A DNA stretch of 64,000 nt, from positions 15,438,001 to 15,502,000 of the forward strand of contig NC_082730.1 of the NCBI RefSeq assembly GCF_030144855.1, in the 5' to 3' direction. Source of the DNA: Hypanus sabinus (taxonomy: Eukaryota). The position numbers and the translations under genes are program-made. How positions within the stretch are numbered: position 1 is the stretch's first letter; every line of letters begins with the position of its first letter. This document shows positions 61,599-64,000 of the stretch, piece after piece. A model generated the notes under the pieces. The model was not told the origin of the DNA. It saw only the letters and a program-made list of their open reading frames with translations, and did no database searches.

Positions 61599-62346
61599 AT
61601 TAGGAAAAGGGGAGATACCACAAGTCCTGGGTGTCATTGTACACGAGTCATTGAAGGTGGGCATGCAGGTACAGCAGGCAGTGAAAAAGGCAAATGGTAT
61701 GTTGGCATTCATAGCAAAAGGATTTGAGTACAGGAGCAGGGAGGTTCTACTGCAGTTGTAGGAGGCCGTGGTGAGACCGCACCTAGAATATTGTGTGCAG
61801 TTTTGGTCCCCTAATCTGAGGAAAGACATTCTTGCCATGGAGGGAGTACAGAGAAGGTTCACCAGATTGATTCCCGGGATGGCAGGACTTTCAGATGAAG
61901 AAAGACTGGATCGACTAGGCTTATACTCACTGGAATTTAGAAGATTGGGGGCGGATTTTATTGAAACGTATAAAATTCTAAATGGATTGGACAGACTAGA
62001 TGCAGGAAGATTGTTTCCAATGTTGGGGAAGTGCAGAACGAGGGGTGACAGTTTAAGGATAAAGGGGAAGCCTTTTAGGACCGAGATGAGGAAAAACTTC
62101 TTCACACAGAGAGTGGTGAATCTGTGGAATTCTCTGCCACTGGAAACAGTTGAGGCCAGTTTATTGGCTATATTTAAGAGGAAGTTAGATATGGCCCTTG
62201 TGGCTAAAGGGATCAGGGGGTATGGAGAGAAAGCAGGTACAGGGTTCTGAGTTGGATGATCAGCCATGATCATACTAAATGGAGGTGCAGGCTTGAAGGG
62301 CCAAATAGCCTACTCCTGCACCTATTTTCTATGTTTCTATGTTTTT
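61599..62346 (+). mobile_element. Young CR1 3' end inserted into a SINE
   Basis: ORF VRPHLEYCVQFWSP...FFTQRVVNLWNSLP; 7-bp duplication TTAACTG at 61592-98 and 62347-53; SINE halves on both sides. Confidence 0.9.
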
Positions 62347-63512
62347 TTAACTGTAACCTAATCACAGGGTGATCTGCAAAGGCTAATTCTCTTCATGAGT
62401 CTGTCTTTGGACTGTGGGAGGAAACAGGACCACCCAGGGAGACCCCATACATTCCACATGGAGGATGTACAGACTCCGTACATTAGAACAGAGATGAGGA
62501 GGAATTTCTGTATCCAGAGTGTGTTGAATCTGTGGAATTCAATGCCATACTTGGCTTTTCAGGCCAAGACATTGAGTATATTTAAAGCATACATAATAGT
62601 TTCTTGTTTAGGGAAGGCATCAAAGATTATGGGGAGAAATCCCAAGAATGGAATTGAATGGGGTAATAAATCAGCCTTGATGGAATAGTGGAGCAGACTG
62701 TATGGGCCAAATGGCCTAATTCTCCTCCTATGTCTTATGGTCTCATTGTATTTGGTCATCTTTAGTTTGTGACTATCTGAGCAGCCCAGGTATAGTATTA
62801 ACTGCTGAAACTGAGTTTCTGGTTGTTGATTAAAAAATCACTATCACTTTGAGACATGAGAAGGAAATCCATTCCTTCTATGAACAAGGCTGCTGTGTTT
62901 CATGATTACAATAAGGAAAATAAGCCCTCAAATCCCTTTTAAACACTAAAGGATTGTCAGTCCTAGGTGAGGGATGGGCTGGTATTCAGCTTGATGCATA
63001 GGAAGGTTTATGTGTCTTTTCGTTGAACTGAGGCCTTGGTTGGCAATTAACAGGCTCATGAATCGACTACAGTGATGACTGGCTTCTTTGCTGTGGCCTC
63101 AGTATTATGAATTTCAGTTCCATATGTTATTTGCTTACTTTGATTTGCTCTTTTTCCCGCATATTTGGTGTTTGACAGTTTATTTTAACCGTTTCTATTT
63201 TTTTATGGTTGCCAGGAGGGAGGTGAATCTCAAGGCTGTATTTGGTTGTATATGATTCTTTGATAATAAATGTACTTTGACCTTTGAATTTTGACATTGA
63301 AGTGCAATCTGATTGGCTGTTATTCCATAAGCTGTCACATCTATGCAATGAAATAGAGTTCTGAATTTAACCTTTCAAAAGTGTGTTCCAGTTTAGAGAG
63401 GATGCTGCAGAGTTACAGAGTTATAGGTTATTGAATGAGGAGCTTCACCCCAAATCTTAAATGCTGACCACAGTGTCTTCTGAGCTTTGTGTATTTCCCT
63501 GCAATTGCCCTA

Positions 63513-63961
63513 AATGACTGGTGATTGATAAGTTTGTGGCCTAGGGTAGAAGGAGTCAATTTTATGAAACCTAGCACATTTATTTTTCAACATGGTCCCC
63601 TCCTACATTTAAACACTTAGTCCAGCAGTCGTGGAGCATATCGATCTTGGACCTCAAGAAAGTGTCCACAGCTCTAGTTACATGCACATTCAGTTTTAGC
63701 TCTTTGAGTGATTATGCAGAAAGGATGAAGTTAATAATTCATCTCCTTCTACATTAGGCCACGAACTTATAAATCACACATGCTGTGGACCACTTCTGGA
63801 AGTCCAAGGCGCCAACTTCTACAAAGAAGGATCCATATGCTCCATGACTGCTGGGCTGAGTGTGTAAATGTAGGAGGGCACCATGTTGAAAAATAAATAT
63901 GTTAGGTTTTCTAAAATTGATTCCTTCTACCTCAGGCCATGAACTTATCAATCACCCTTCG
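63513..63961. mobile_element. Mariner-type MITE with long terminal inverted repeats
   Basis: About 150-bp inverted arms (ggtgattgataagtttgtggcc.. / ..ggccatgaacttatcaatcacc), TA on both sides; absent at the paralogous site near 33860. Confidence 0.85.
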
Positions 63962-64000
63962 TATCCTTCTAAAACTTTCCTGTACATGAACTGGTCCAAA

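Noticed and set aside
1-64000. CRISPR arrays, operons, rRNA or genuine tRNA genes
   Set aside because: No regularly spaced short repeats or RNA-gene signatures; the only A/B boxes belong to a SINE, and the DNA is clearly spliceosomal-intron vertebrate sequence.

Overview
Eukaryotic, intron-containing vertebrate DNA; the repeat landscape (CR1, Penelope-derived short repeats, Tc1, Rex1/Babar, L1) suggests a cartilaginous fish, probably a ray (inference only). Almost all ORFs in the supplied track are transposon debris or chance ORFs. The host content is a + strand tandem cluster of immunoglobulin-superfamily receptor genes: the last exons of one gene (1-105), one complete gene (14831-43913) and the first three exons of a third (57961-60733). 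Parts: split signal-peptide exons, CD300/pIgR-like V exons of two subtypes (VA, VB), C2-type Ig exons, a Cys-containing stalk exon, a transmembrane exon with Lys/Arg and a short tail with no tyrosine motif. All eight Ig exons are intact, exactly 321 nt and phase 1-1. The central gene carries an internal duplication of leader-VA-C2-VB. Its second leader is destroyed by a Gypsy insertion plus a stop codon, so one in-frame 715-aa, six-Ig-domain receptor can be assembled (splicing predicted, not observed). Each gene also has a second intact leader exon 6.6-11 kb upstream. V exons differ more between copies than their flanking introns do. Notable elements: the Gypsy has no tRNA primer site but a 14-nt self-complement to its own poly(A) signal; a sense solo LTR lies just behind VB1; a HERO-like retroelement; an L1 with a 34-bp target duplication; many Penelope-type hammerhead-like motifs. 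There is one assembly gap (17115-17287). All alignments and counts were done by eye.
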